Shown: positions 20,662 through 30,617 of the stretch, piece by piece | Layout: the number at the start of each line of letters is the position of its first letter | Position numbering within the stretch: the stretch's first letter is position 1 | Notes under the pieces: model-generated | What the model was told of the DNA's origin: nothing | The model's input: the letters and a program-made list of their open reading frames with translations, nothing else | Database searches by the model: none | Source of the DNA: Meyerozyma guilliermondii | Lineage: Eukaryota | Length of the DNA stretch: 64,000 nucleotides | Direction: 5' to 3' | NCBI GenBank assembly: GCA_051546255.1 | Contig: CP128816.1 | Location: 868,001-932,000 of the forward strand | Position numbers and translations under genes: made by a program

Positions 20662-21411
20662 ATGTCAGACGACAAGGTAGCCGTTCCCACGAACACACAT
20701 GAAAACCCCTTGCTCCAGAAGCTCACTCCAAAGCAATTTGACGCCAGCGTGAAATTCTATGAAGCAGACCATCAATTGCTGCACGAAGACCGTCAGGTCA
20801 TAGCTGAAGACCTTCAAAATGTCGTTTTTTCCACAGCGTTCTATGGCTACGGAGCCGGAGTTTCGTCATTTATGATCCCCACTGCATACTATACCCTTAC
20901 CCAAGGCAATTCCGCCACTGTGAGACGTTCTGCACCGGTTCCTCGAGGCTTTTTCAAGAAGCCATTTCTCTCGTTTTTGATTGGAGTCACGGCAATGATG
21001 GTGACTAACCAACAGGTGTGCAAATACAAGTTCAATCGCAAAATACAAGAGGAAGACCAGACGAGTAGTCATCGGGCGGCTGTGTGGAAATCAATGGATT
21101 ATCATCAAGCCAGTCTCTTCTACTTGTACTACCGGAAGACGGCGGAAAATCCTGATTTTATCGTCCAAGATCCCCGCAAAGTAGATAGCCAGTCTCTCCA
21201 CAAGGTCCACTACGAGCCTTCCAAAGACGAGCATTTCACCAGTACTTTGGGCATGAAAAATGACGAGGGCTTGTCGCACTGGGACCAGATCAGACTAGCC
21301 AATGGGTTTGGTGTGTCTAAGGAGGAAGGTGGGTCCAGGGAAGAAGGTGGGTCCAAGTGGAACGACATACGCCAGGGGATCAAGGACGAGAGTGAGAATA
21401 GGGGAAATTGA
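20662..21411 (+). CDS. Conserved fungal protein with two hydrophobic segments, probable YIL077C (RCI37) homologue
   Basis: FYEAD..L...DR, YY.KT..NP....DPR and S.WD.IR motifs; lies between THS1 and SEC28 as YIL077C does in S. cerevisiae. Confidence 0.65.
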   Translation: MSDDKVAVPTNTHENPLLQKLTPKQFDASVKFYEADHQLLHEDRQVIAEDLQNVVFSTAFYGYGAGVSSFMIPTAYYTLTQGNSATVRRSAPVPRGFFKKPFLSFLIGVTAMMVTNQQVCKYKFNRKIQEEDQTSSHRAAVWKSMDYHQASLFYLYYRKTAENPDFIVQDPRKVDSQSLHKVHYEPSKDEHFTSTLGMKNDEGLSHWDQIRLANGFGVSKEEGGSREEGGSKWNDIRQGIKDESENRGN

Positions 21412-21690
21412 ATTTGAGCTTAGAGCTTGGAGCTTATGGATCTGGAGCTCATTCGCAGCCATCACGAAAATTCACGAGATACTCAAATACAATATACGCA
21501 AAACTTTCAGTACGGAAATTTCACAGTAGTCATACTTTCGGCTCACTTCAGTCATCCACTGACTTTGGACCATAAATCTTGTTCAATTGTCTCTTCAAAT
21601 ATTTCCATCTTCTCTCCTTCTCTTGCCTCTTTCTCTCGTCCTGTACCTAACCCAACTACGCGACAACTAACACTTCACCAACTCACCACC

Positions 21691-22620
21691 ATGGACGCCT
21701 TTGCTGATTCAGGTGAACTCTACACCATACGCAACCAGTTCTATACCAACCAGCACCGCAAGATCCAAGAGTACTCTTTGGACCAATTTTCTCCAGAAAA
21801 CCAACTCAAAGTTTTAGAGTACAAAATCCGGTCCGCAGTGGCACTCGAGGAAGATGCTTCACAGTTGATTGACTCGGGAAAAAGCTTATTTCCCAACCAA
21901 GAGGGGCTTTTCCAGTTGCTCTCGGCATGGAACGACCTCAAGTCTTTTGGAACTGACGATCTGACGTATTTTGATGATATAAAACTGGCCCAGTTTGAGC
22001 TCCAGGCGGTGTTGACTGCCATCTACAGAGTCAAATTCGAGAAGGATGTGGAGCTGGCAATCAACATTTTGACCTCATACATCGATAACCTGAACAATTT
22101 TAACGAGTTGGAACCATTTTTGGTGTTGGTTCAACTCCACTTGGCAACAGGAAATTTGCAAGCGGCCAACAAGGTGATGTTGGCGTTCCAGAAATTCCCC
22201 GACTCTGCCAGGGACTCCATAGTGTATCAGGTGCTAGAATCGTGGATTTTGGCGATTAAGGGCGAGTCCGATAATATCAGTAATGCTTATTACTTTTACG
22301 ATGAGCTCTTGTCGGCCGATTTTGACAACGACCCTCAGGGCAAATTCAAGTTGTTGAACATGTTGTTTGTGTTGACGTTGCAAATGAAACACTATCCAGA
22401 GGTCCAGGAGCTTTTGGTACAACTTAAGGACCTAAACATCACCAGCGGTGATTTTATTGCCAACCAAATCACGTTTGATTACTTGACCAATGGCGGCGCC
22501 CAAGCAGACGAATTAAGAAGCCAATTGGCCAAAGTGGACCCTGAACATCAATGCTTGGCCGAGTTCCAGGAGAAAAACGCCCAGTTTGACGACATCGTGA
22601 AAAAGTACCAAACCACATAG
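21691..22620 (+). CDS. SEC28: Coatomer epsilon subunit
   Basis: MDAFADSGELYTIRNQFYT start, NAYYFYDEL, TPR-like helices, C-terminal FD.IV.KY. Confidence 0.88.
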   Translation: MDAFADSGELYTIRNQFYTNQHRKIQEYSLDQFSPENQLKVLEYKIRSAVALEEDASQLIDSGKSLFPNQEGLFQLLSAWNDLKSFGTDDLTYFDDIKLAQFELQAVLTAIYRVKFEKDVELAINILTSYIDNLNNFNELEPFLVLVQLHLATGNLQAANKVMLAFQKFPDSARDSIVYQVLESWILAIKGESDNISNAYYFYDELLSADFDNDPQGKFKLLNMLFVLTLQMKHYPEVQELLVQLKDLNITSGDFIANQITFDYLTNGGAQADELRSQLAKVDPEHQCLAEFQEKNAQFDDIVKKYQTT

Positions 22621-22667
22621 ATACACAATCTTACATAGTTGTAAGCAATATAATTGTTCTATCCAAC

Positions 22668-23891
22668 CTATTCAGCTTGCACCGGCTCTGGCTGTTCGTC
22701 CGGCTCGATTTTGACCACCTCTCCTTCGTCGTTAAATTTAAGACCTTCGGCCAACAACCGTTTTTCAATCTCCTTCAATTCCGTCTCACGTTCGAGCAAC
22801 TCCTTGCGTTTGTTGATCAAGTCTTGGTGAACCCGCTCCTCAAACTTGCGCAATCTCTCCTCTTCAAGCTTGATTTGCTCCTCCTTCATCAAATATGATT
22901 CCTCGTTGCTGTCTCCATTAGCAGTAGGAACCGTCTTGGAGTCTTGGCTATATTCGAATCGCTTACCACTCAAAGCTTCCGTTCTGTAGTTTTCATAGAT
23001 TGTATCGTGGGTCAACTCCTTGAATTCACTGAGGTGGGTGATCAATAACACGTTCTTTAAGATGGTGAAATCGTTGTAGTCTGGGTTCTCGACATTGATT
23101 GGTTTGGCATAAAGAGGATTCAAAACACGTAATTTGAGAATATCCTCTTCGTCTTCGCTTCCTCCGGTGTTTTCCTGGTAAGTATTGGCGCCAATGATCG
23201 CAAACGGCACCAACGAATTGAGATACTTGTTATACTCGATGATCTCATCGTCCATATAGTCTTCTTCGTATTCGTATTCGTTGAACTTGTAATAGTTGAT
23301 GTTGTAGTTCTTCAAGTCCTCCAAAATGAGCTGCTTGTTGAGCTGAAGTTCCTGTGGGGTCAACGAATCGGCTTTCGCAATCACCGGGATAACATTGACC
23401 AAGTTATTGACGTGGGTGAGAAATTTCACATCGATTTCACTCAATCCATGACCAGTTGGATTCACCATATACAATAACGCGTGGATCCGTCCATCCTTGA
23501 ACCTAGGATTACGACGAACTCGTGATTCTTCCAACAATACTTCATCATATTGGTGTCGAATAAAGTCAACGACTGTCTTGAAATCTTCACTACAATCGAT
23601 CAGATTTGCAAAGTTGGGAGTATCTATGATGTTGAACAGGATCTTGTGACCATCATTATCCTCCAACTCCACGTTTTCATGGCGCAACGTGAGTTTCCTG
23701 GCGTATGGATCTTGCAGTGCTGTCAGAGAAGTTGGCACGATCAGATTTCCTCCACATAAAGTGTTTATAAGTGTGGAACGACCACTCCCACTCAGTCCTA
23801 CCACCATGACGGAGAAGACGATGGACTTTTTGAGGGTCTTACGCTTGCGCAACGCCGCCGACGACGTGTTTGCCTCGTGGATAAAACTCAT
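22668..23891 (-). CDS. CDC11: Septin, Cdc11 type
   Basis: ALRKRKTLKK polybasic region, G.SGSGRSTLINTL, IIDTP, RRNPRFKDGRIH, PVIAKAD, YENYRTE, coiled-coil tail; ATG at 23891. Confidence 0.9.
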   Translation of the reverse strand: MSFIHEANTSSAALRKRKTLKKSIVFSVMVVGLSGSGRSTLINTLCGGNLIVPTSLTALQDPYARKLTLRHENVELEDNDGHKILFNIIDTPNFANLIDCSEDFKTVVDFIRHQYDEVLLEESRVRRNPRFKDGRIHALLYMVNPTGHGLSEIDVKFLTHVNNLVNVIPVIAKADSLTPQELQLNKQLILEDLKNYNINYYKFNEYEYEEDYMDDEIIEYNKYLNSLVPFAIIGANTYQENTGGSEDEEDILKLRVLNPLYAKPINVENPDYNDFTILKNVLLITHLSEFKELTHDTIYENYRTEALSGKRFEYSQDSKTVPTANGDSNEESYLMKEEQIKLEEERLRKFEERVHQDLINKRKELLERETELKEIEKRLLAEGLKFNDEGEVVKIEPDEQPEPVQAE

Positions 23892-24029
23892 GAAGAACAC
23901 GAAAGGTGCGCGCGACGTAAATACACGGCGCCTGCACAGGACGGCGGGCCAAGGAATGTAGCGAAACTTATCAGCAAAGCCAGAATAGAAAGGGACAGGG
24001 TAGTATGGAAGAGCAAGGAGAATAGCAAT

Positions 24030-24175
24030 GTAACAAAAAGGAGATTTAGTAGCAGATATAGCAAAGAGCAGAGATAGTAACAGAAAAGCAGATTTAGTAG
24101 CAGATAGTAGCAGATAGCAAGAGCAGCAGACCGATGAAGCGAATAGCAATAAATAGCAGTGTGTGACTAGCAGAA
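24030..24175. repeat. Degenerate ~48-bp duplication built on TAGCAGATA units between KRE9 and CDC11
   Basis: AGATTTAGTAGCAGATA exact at 24042-24058 and 24090-24106, plus further TAGCAG copies. Confidence 0.7.
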
Positions 24176-24208
24176 AATACAATTGATTGACAAAACAATT
24201 CTAGTTGT

Positions 24209-25033
24209 CTAATCGATCCACCGCTTTCTCTTGTCGCCAGCTGACAATGTGGCTTGTTTGACCTTGTCGCTAGCAGCATAATGCGACGTTTCAAACAATT
24301 GTGCAGTGGCCAGGTTGGTGTATGATTTACGAGAATAACTCCATCCAGGAGTGATGGTCGAGTAAACAACAGGCGACTTGGCTTTGGTGGAGTAGTATGT
24401 AACCGCACTGGTAGGATAACGGGTACTGTATTTGCTGTGAGTAATGGTTGAACCTGGTTGCATTTGCATGGGTGCGTATCTTGTTTTACCCGTTTGTAAA
24501 GTGTATGTGATGGAGAAAGACTTTGAGTTGACCGCACCTCCAGCTCCATCTACTCCCTCGATAGAAACTTGTGGTCCTGGAGTATCTCCTGTAGCAGTTG
24601 CCTTGATTGTTGAGGGTCCAGACATTCCTTTCAATTGAAATCTATCGGTATAATGGATAGAGTATCCTTGTTGAGGGTAAGCAGCGTACACCTGGAAGTA
24701 ATAGTAACCATTTGGTACCATGCTGGCATCAATCAGTGCTTTATAGGAGGTTCCAGAAACCTTTTGAGCTTTCAAAATAGGATCATCATCCAAACATTTG
24801 ATGGTTCCAGTACCATCTTCAGCTCCATAACACAATAAAATGGTGTATTTAAGCACCTTGGACAAGGAAGCCGCCGAATCATCATCGTCTTCAACAGTAT
24901 CCTTCCATTTAATGGTAACAGCAGCAGAGCCTCCTGAAGCTGTATATGTAGATCCACTATCTGGCGCAGTAAGCTCCACGTCAGCTACCACGAATGCACA
25001 TATGAATGTTAATATTACGTAGAACACCTTCAT
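24209..25033 (-). CDS. KRE9: Secreted beta-1,6-glucan synthesis protein Kre9/Knh1
   Basis: Signal peptide; HYT.RF.L.GM, YTLQTGKTRYAPMQMQPG, STITPGWSY; C-terminal KRKRWID. Confidence 0.92.
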   Translation of the reverse strand: MKVFYVILTFICAFVVADVELTAPDSGSTYTASGGSAAVTIKWKDTVEDDDDSAASLSKVLKYTILLCYGAEDGTGTIKCLDDDPILKAQKVSGTSYKALIDASMVPNGYYYFQVYAAYPQQGYSIHYTDRFQLKGMSGPSTIKATATGDTPGPQVSIEGVDGAGGAVNSKSFSITYTLQTGKTRYAPMQMQPGSTITHSKYSTRYPTSAVTYYSTKAKSPVVYSTITPGWSYSRKSYTNLATAQLFETSHYAASDKVKQATLSAGDKRKRWID

Positions 25034-26712
25034 ACCAAGAACGAGTGTGAATGTTTGATGTACACGGTGAGAAAGAAAAGAAGGCAGTGTTGGCGTGCAG
25101 GCGCGCGAGCAAGTGCTCCTACCTCGACTGCAGACAAGAGACTACATATAACAGAGTGCCCCTGTCATTCTTGGCAGGGCTCGCCCCGCCACCAGCCGTG
25201 TCTACATGATGTCTTTGGTCGTCAATTCATAATCTAATAAATACAGGTCAATCTATCAATTTAGGCACTCATATCAAGGGCGCGTGCCTGGCCGCGTGTA
25301 AGTTTTGATGGTTCATTGGACTCCTTTTTGCCAAGCTTAAACATGGAATTCGTTAAGTTGTTAAATATCGACAACAACAAAGAAATCCCGAGTACCTTTT
25401 TCACCATTTTTTGTTGTGCGAAATAAGGTGGCAACAAGTCATCTTTATATCAATTATAATTCGGGACCCGGAATTAGTGCGATTACCGCCGCATCTGTAA
25501 TACGGCCGTTAATATGTCCGCTAAAGCCGCGCGCACACGATTCTTTCGCACTTGCCTCAATAGGCAAGCCCATTCAAGCTCCATCTGTCAGCGATTGTCA
25601 GCGAATATTGACAAATTCAACAGAAAATAATTGGGTATTGTTATGTTGATTATGGTACCTAAGCTCGGCGATGCCAAGTCTGTGGTCGCGTTTCAATATT
25701 CTTTGCCCGTTGATGATGCTAAAATTTAGGGTTCGTTTCGGACCGCGGAACAATCTGTTTTCTCCATGTTCCGAAACAGTCACAAAACTAGTCGGTGCTC
25801 GGGTTTAAGTCGGGTTTCGGAGCGGTCGTAAATGTCGTATCCGTCGTAAAAAACGGACGTCAATCGTACCACAAATCAACCATATAACAATTGCAAAGCA
25901 CAACTACAAAATTGCTGTGTTCCGACGCTGAAAAATTGTTTCAGATTTTGCACCCAAATTCTCTTTGAAAGCAATTTCTGAACTAAGAATTTTCTGAAAG
26001 TCTGAAATTATATTGGTGCTCTCACCAGCCTATTATATGCCTGAACCGTGCAAAAGCATTAGTGACTCAATGCATTCACTAGAACAGCATATTTTCCCGC
26101 CGTGCCTTTCCGCGAATTAATGCGGTTCACGACAATTTTGTTGAATAATATTTCGAAACAAATTAGTCTCGTCATGAACAAAGAAGGAAGAGAACAATGC
26201 AATAAGAAAAGACAAATAGATTGGTATTGACATACTGATGAGAAGGTGTATTTGTCTAATTGATCTGAACCGTTAAAGTCCTGCATCTACCACGGTTGCG
26301 AAACGGTTTAATGAAAGGCAGTTCGGCAGTTAAAGAAGACCGGCAATAGAACAAATGAGCCGGTAGATATTGGGGCTTAAAACCACACGGATGAACTGCC
26401 GATACCGTTAGTCTGTCAACAAAATCACCAATTTTGTCAAACGAAAGACTTTTTGTGATTTCAAGAACACCAACGAAGAATAAGAAAAAGACAAATAATG
26501 TTATTCAGTTTTCGTTGTTTCCACCGCCGAACCATACCTTGATTTGGTATCGGTACTTTATCCGGCTCCACCGAATTATTTTCTACCTTCACCTCATCGA
26601 GACTAGACATCGGGCCGACGTCCTGCACTTGCAATCGCTAACTGCCCGTTTGGGACCTGCCGCCAACGGAGCAACAACTTATAAAGCAAATCAATCAATC
26701 CTTCTTTCCAAA

Positions 26713-28188
26713 ATGGCTCCTGGCATTAAAAACACAAAACTTATACGCTCCTCACCCTATATTGCGGGAAAGTGGTTCGAATCTGCATCCAAGACTACTT
26801 TCAAGGTTACTGATCCTGCTACCGATAAAACAATTGCCGAGCTTCCTGATCAAACTCCAGAAGAAATTGACCATGCTATCAAATCCGCTTACGAAGCTTT
26901 CAAAACTTACAAGCATACCAATGTGTATGATCGTGCAAAGTGGTTGAAAAATTTGCACAGTCTTATGATGGAAAACCAGGACGACTTGGCTCGTATCATT
27001 ACTTGGGAGAATGGAAAATGTCTTACTGATGCACTTGGAGAAGTGAAATATGCTGCTTCATACTTTGAATGGTTTGCAGAAGAAGCCAAGCGCATGTATG
27101 GACACACAATTCAACCTTCGGTTCCATCTAATAAGGTGATTACTTTGAAACAACCAATAGGTGTGGTGGGACTTTTGTGCCCATTCAACTTTCCTCTGGC
27201 TATGGGAACCCGTAAACTTGCTCCAGCTTTGGCTGCTGGGTGTACGGCAGTTTTGAAACCAGATGGTCAGACTCCATTGTCGTCGTTGGCCATTGCCTAC
27301 TTGGCTGAACAAGCAGGTTTCCCTGCTGGTACCATCAATGTTGTTCTTACTTCCACCAAGAACACTCCCATGGTGGGATTGAAGTTCTGCGAATCGCCCT
27401 TGATCAAAAAGATTTCTTTCACCGGTTCTACTCGAGTTGGAAAATTGTTGATGAAACAGTCGTCTTCCACTCTCAAGAAATTGTCGATGGAATTGGGTGG
27501 TAATGCCCCTATCGTTGTGTTTGACGATGCAGACTTGGATCTTGCCGTACTGCAAGCGGTAGCTTCCAAGTTTAGATCTTTGGGACAAACTTGTGTCTGT
27601 GCCAACCGTATCTATGTCCAAAGTGGAATTTACGATAAGTTTGCTGATCAATTTGCTGAAAAAGTCAAACTGTTCAAGATCGGCAATGGTTTTGAAGAAG
27701 GTGTCACCCATGCTTGTCTTGTCAATGAATCACTCATTGAAAAAGTTGAACAACACGCCCAAGATGCCATCGACAAGGGAGCCACTGCGTTGGTGAAGGG
27801 AGGTCGTTTACCAGAATTAGGAAAGCATTTCTACGCACCTACTGTTCTCAGGGACGTTTCCATTGGTCTGAGAGTTCTTAAGGAAGAAACTTTCGGACCT
27901 TTGGCTGCTTTGGTTAAATTCGATACCAAAGAAGAAGTTTTGGAACAATGTAATGACACCGAATTTGGATTGGCATCGTATGTGTTTTCCGAAAACTTGG
28001 GCACCATCTGGTACATGTCGGAGAACATTGAGGCTGGTATGATTTCTGTCAATACAGGTCTCTTTACCGATGCTTCTATGCCATTTGGAGGAGTCAAGGA
28101 GTCTGGATTTGGCCGTGAAGGATCGTTATACGGAATCGACGACTACACCGTGATTAAGTCCATTACGTTAGGAAACGTTTATAGATAG
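26713..28188 (+). CDS. UGA2: Succinate-semialdehyde dehydrogenase (ALDH family)
   Basis: WFAEEAKR, PFNFP, SFTGST, MELGGNAP, GQTCVC, EETFGP, PFGGVKESGFGREGS; TTATAAA at ~26679 precedes ATG 26713. Confidence 0.9.
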   Translation: MAPGIKNTKLIRSSPYIAGKWFESASKTTFKVTDPATDKTIAELPDQTPEEIDHAIKSAYEAFKTYKHTNVYDRAKWLKNLHSLMMENQDDLARIITWENGKCLTDALGEVKYAASYFEWFAEEAKRMYGHTIQPSVPSNKVITLKQPIGVVGLLCPFNFPLAMGTRKLAPALAAGCTAVLKPDGQTPLSSLAIAYLAEQAGFPAGTINVVLTSTKNTPMVGLKFCESPLIKKISFTGSTRVGKLLMKQSSSTLKKLSMELGGNAPIVVFDDADLDLAVLQAVASKFRSLGQTCVCANRIYVQSGIYDKFADQFAEKVKLFKIGNGFEEGVTHACLVNESLIEKVEQHAQDAIDKGATALVKGGRLPELGKHFYAPTVLRDVSIGLRVLKEETFGPLAALVKFDTKEEVLEQCNDTEFGLASYVFSENLGTIWYMSENIEAGMISVNTGLFTDASMPFGGVKESGFGREGSLYGIDDYTVIKSITLGNVYR

Positions 28189-29273
28189 GACAGAGATATT
28201 GATTTCATGCAGGCGTACACTAGTTACAAAGCGACAAATAAATTGATACTAGCCGGACGGTACACTGGTTCAATCTGCAACCGATGGTTCATCGTGCAGG
28301 ATTTTCGCAGCCAAAAACAATTGTTCATTACGAGCGGCAATTACATTCTACGCGAGTTCAACATCTCGATTTCCATCTAGTGTCTTAGGACTTGAATCAA
28401 TACCACGATTTCACATATAAGCGTCTCAATACATCAATCTGAATCATTTACTTAAAAGTTGCTGACGATGAATAAATTGGGTTGACTGCTCGAAACAAAC
28501 TTTGGATCATCTTGATACTCCCAAGCCATTTCCCAGCTAATCCCTGCAACGACGTATTCTAATCGGATCCGAAAGTCTTGGTATTTCGTCATAAGACTTC
28601 AAGCTCGTTGTGGAAAAATAGTTTAAATCCGCAAACTACCAGAAGCACCGTACTGCTCCTAAGGTAGCCTTAATTGTGGAAATGTCCTACCATTGATGTA
28701 CTTTACCTCGAAGTGAATGGTGAAGAAATATGGAAAATATAGTACTTTCTAGATGCCAGCGATTCATCTGAACACACCTCGCTTTGTCCTCATAGTACTA
28801 ACGAAGTGTCAGAACAATTGCACAACAGTCAAGTTTTAGAGAAATGAAACGGAGACAGAGTCTTCCTACTTTAGAGGTACTCAAGTGCTTTTGTGTCAAT
28901 TTCTGGTTTCCCACAATGTACTCATATGTCTAATGACTCACTAGCCACTTCTGATTGGTACTCGTTTCATTACTGAGGTGCGGCTGATTTCCGCGGACAT
29001 CGCGGAGAACTGGATAAAGCCATAATCATGTATCGTAAGTGAAGACGGCAAAAATTCCAAACAAATTCGTTACATTGTTATACAGAACAATTGGGTGGTG
29101 CTACTTGACTGAGAAATCAATTAAGCGAAATTGATCAAAAAAACTGGCCAATTGTGTCAACTTTGACACCCCCACCTGCCACACCTACTTCTCAAGGATA
29201 CCCCCCGCGCGATCCGCCACTGCCTATATAAACTCCCTCGTCCCTCCCCCACCTGCAGCAGCTTCCAATTCTC

Positions 29274-30326
29274 ATGTCCGTTCCAAAATTTAAACATCAA
29301 AAGCTCGGTGCTTCTGGCTTATCGATCAGTCCCGTTATAATCGGATGTATGACATTTGGAAGTAAGGAATACTCCGACTGGGTAATTGACGATGAGGACA
29401 AGGTTATGCTGATCTTGAAGAAATGCTATGATAATGGACTTCGTACATTTGATACTGCCGATGTCTACTCCAATGGTCAATCGGAAATACTTTTGGGCAA
29501 GTTTTTGAAGAAATACAACATTCCAAGAGAAAGAGTTGTTATTTTGACAAAAGTGTTCTTTCCCGTTGATACTACCGATCCTGATTTCAGTATTGGCAAA
29601 TACTCTCAGAATAAGTATCCTGAGGTTGATTATGTTAACGCTCAAGGCTTATCGAGAAAACACATTTTCGAGGCTGTGAAAAATTCAGTTGAAAGACTTG
29701 GTACGTACATTGATGTGCTTCAAATCCACAGGTTGGATAACGCAACTCCTAAGGAAGAAATCATGAAAGCCTTGAATGATGTCGTGGAGTTGGGACACAC
29801 AAGGTACTTGGGTGCATCTTCTATGAAAGCCACGGAATTTGCTCAATTGCAATTTATCGCAGACAAACATGGATGGGCAAAGTTCATAAGTATGCAAAAC
29901 TACTACAACTTGTTGTATCGTGAAGAGGAACGGGAAATGATTCCATTTTGCAACGATAACATTTTTGGCAAGGTTGGTCTAATTCCTTACTCCCCTATAG
30001 CTCGTGGACTTCTAGCTCGTCCTTCGAAGTCTACAGCTACCGAGAGATTCAAGTCAGATGCTCGTATAAATCAGTTGGGCTTGGACAAATTGTCAGACTC
30101 GGAGGAAATTATCATCAGTCGAGTTGAGCAATTGTCCAAGAAGTTGGGTGTGTCTATGGCTGCTATAGCTACGAAGTGGGTGCTTAGCAAAGGTGCTTTT
30201 CCTATCGTTGGTGTAAACTCTGAGGAACGTGTGGATGATATTTTATCGGCATTTTCCTTCGAGTTGAAAGAGGACGATTTGGCTTACTTGGAAGAGCCGT
30301 ACGTTCCTCGTCCTCTTCAGTTTTAG
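29274..30326 (+). CDS. Aldo-keto reductase (aryl-alcohol dehydrogenase-like; Csh1/Ifd/YPL088W group)
   Basis: GCMTFGS, FDTADVYSNG.SE, ILTK, GLSRKHI, QIHR, MQNYYNLLYREEERE, YSPIARG; TATATAAA at ~29225. Confidence 0.92.
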   Translation: MSVPKFKHQKLGASGLSISPVIIGCMTFGSKEYSDWVIDDEDKVMLILKKCYDNGLRTFDTADVYSNGQSEILLGKFLKKYNIPRERVVILTKVFFPVDTTDPDFSIGKYSQNKYPEVDYVNAQGLSRKHIFEAVKNSVERLGTYIDVLQIHRLDNATPKEEIMKALNDVVELGHTRYLGASSMKATEFAQLQFIADKHGWAKFISMQNYYNLLYREEEREMIPFCNDNIFGKVGLIPYSPIARGLLARPSKSTATERFKSDARINQLGLDKLSDSEEIIISRVEQLSKKLGVSMAAIATKWVLSKGAFPIVGVNSEERVDDILSAFSFELKEDDLAYLEEPYVPRPLQF

Positions 30327-30389
30327 AACATATACAGTTATAAGTTTTAGCTAAAAATGAGTAGTTTTAGTTGAAATGAATAAGTTTAG
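30319..30389 (+). repeat. 20-bp-period degenerate minisatellite starting at the AKR stop codon
   Basis: AGTTTTAG at 30319, 30343 and 30363; AGTTTAG at 30383. Confidence 0.65.
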
Positions 30390-30617
30390 CTGCTACAGTT
30401 TATCTTCAGTAAACTTTAATATCATTTTCTACTGCAATATGGCTATTTCCACGCAGCTTGCTATATTTTACATCAATACCACACTGTCTCTATATCATAC
30501 TAAGCGTCTACACTATTTCTGCACCCACCTACTTTATTTGTCTTATCGCACGGAATTTCCTACTTGGGCAGTTCCGCTACCCCATATATACCGATGCGCC
30601 CCCTCTCCACATTCAAC

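Noticed and set aside
21640..21690. ACTAAC branch-like motif upstream of SEC28
   Set aside because: No AG acceptor between it and the ATG, and no convincing donor
26434..26712. TTG-started N-terminal extension of UGA2 (similar extensions on FAA2, SEC28, CDC11, SAS3, HEM14)
   Set aside because: Non-ATG starts, low-complexity or promoter-like sequence (a TATA lies inside the UGA2 one); homology begins at the downstream ATG
25034..26712. Longest spacer considered as LTR remnant, pseudogene, tRNA locus or centromere
   Set aside because: No terminal repeats, no A/B-box tRNA pattern, no recognisable protein remnant and no marked AT trough; best read as a divergent promoter
27058..27711. 217-aa antisense ORF within UGA2
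   Set aside because: Fully nested opposite a conserved gene with biased codons; no recognisable motifs
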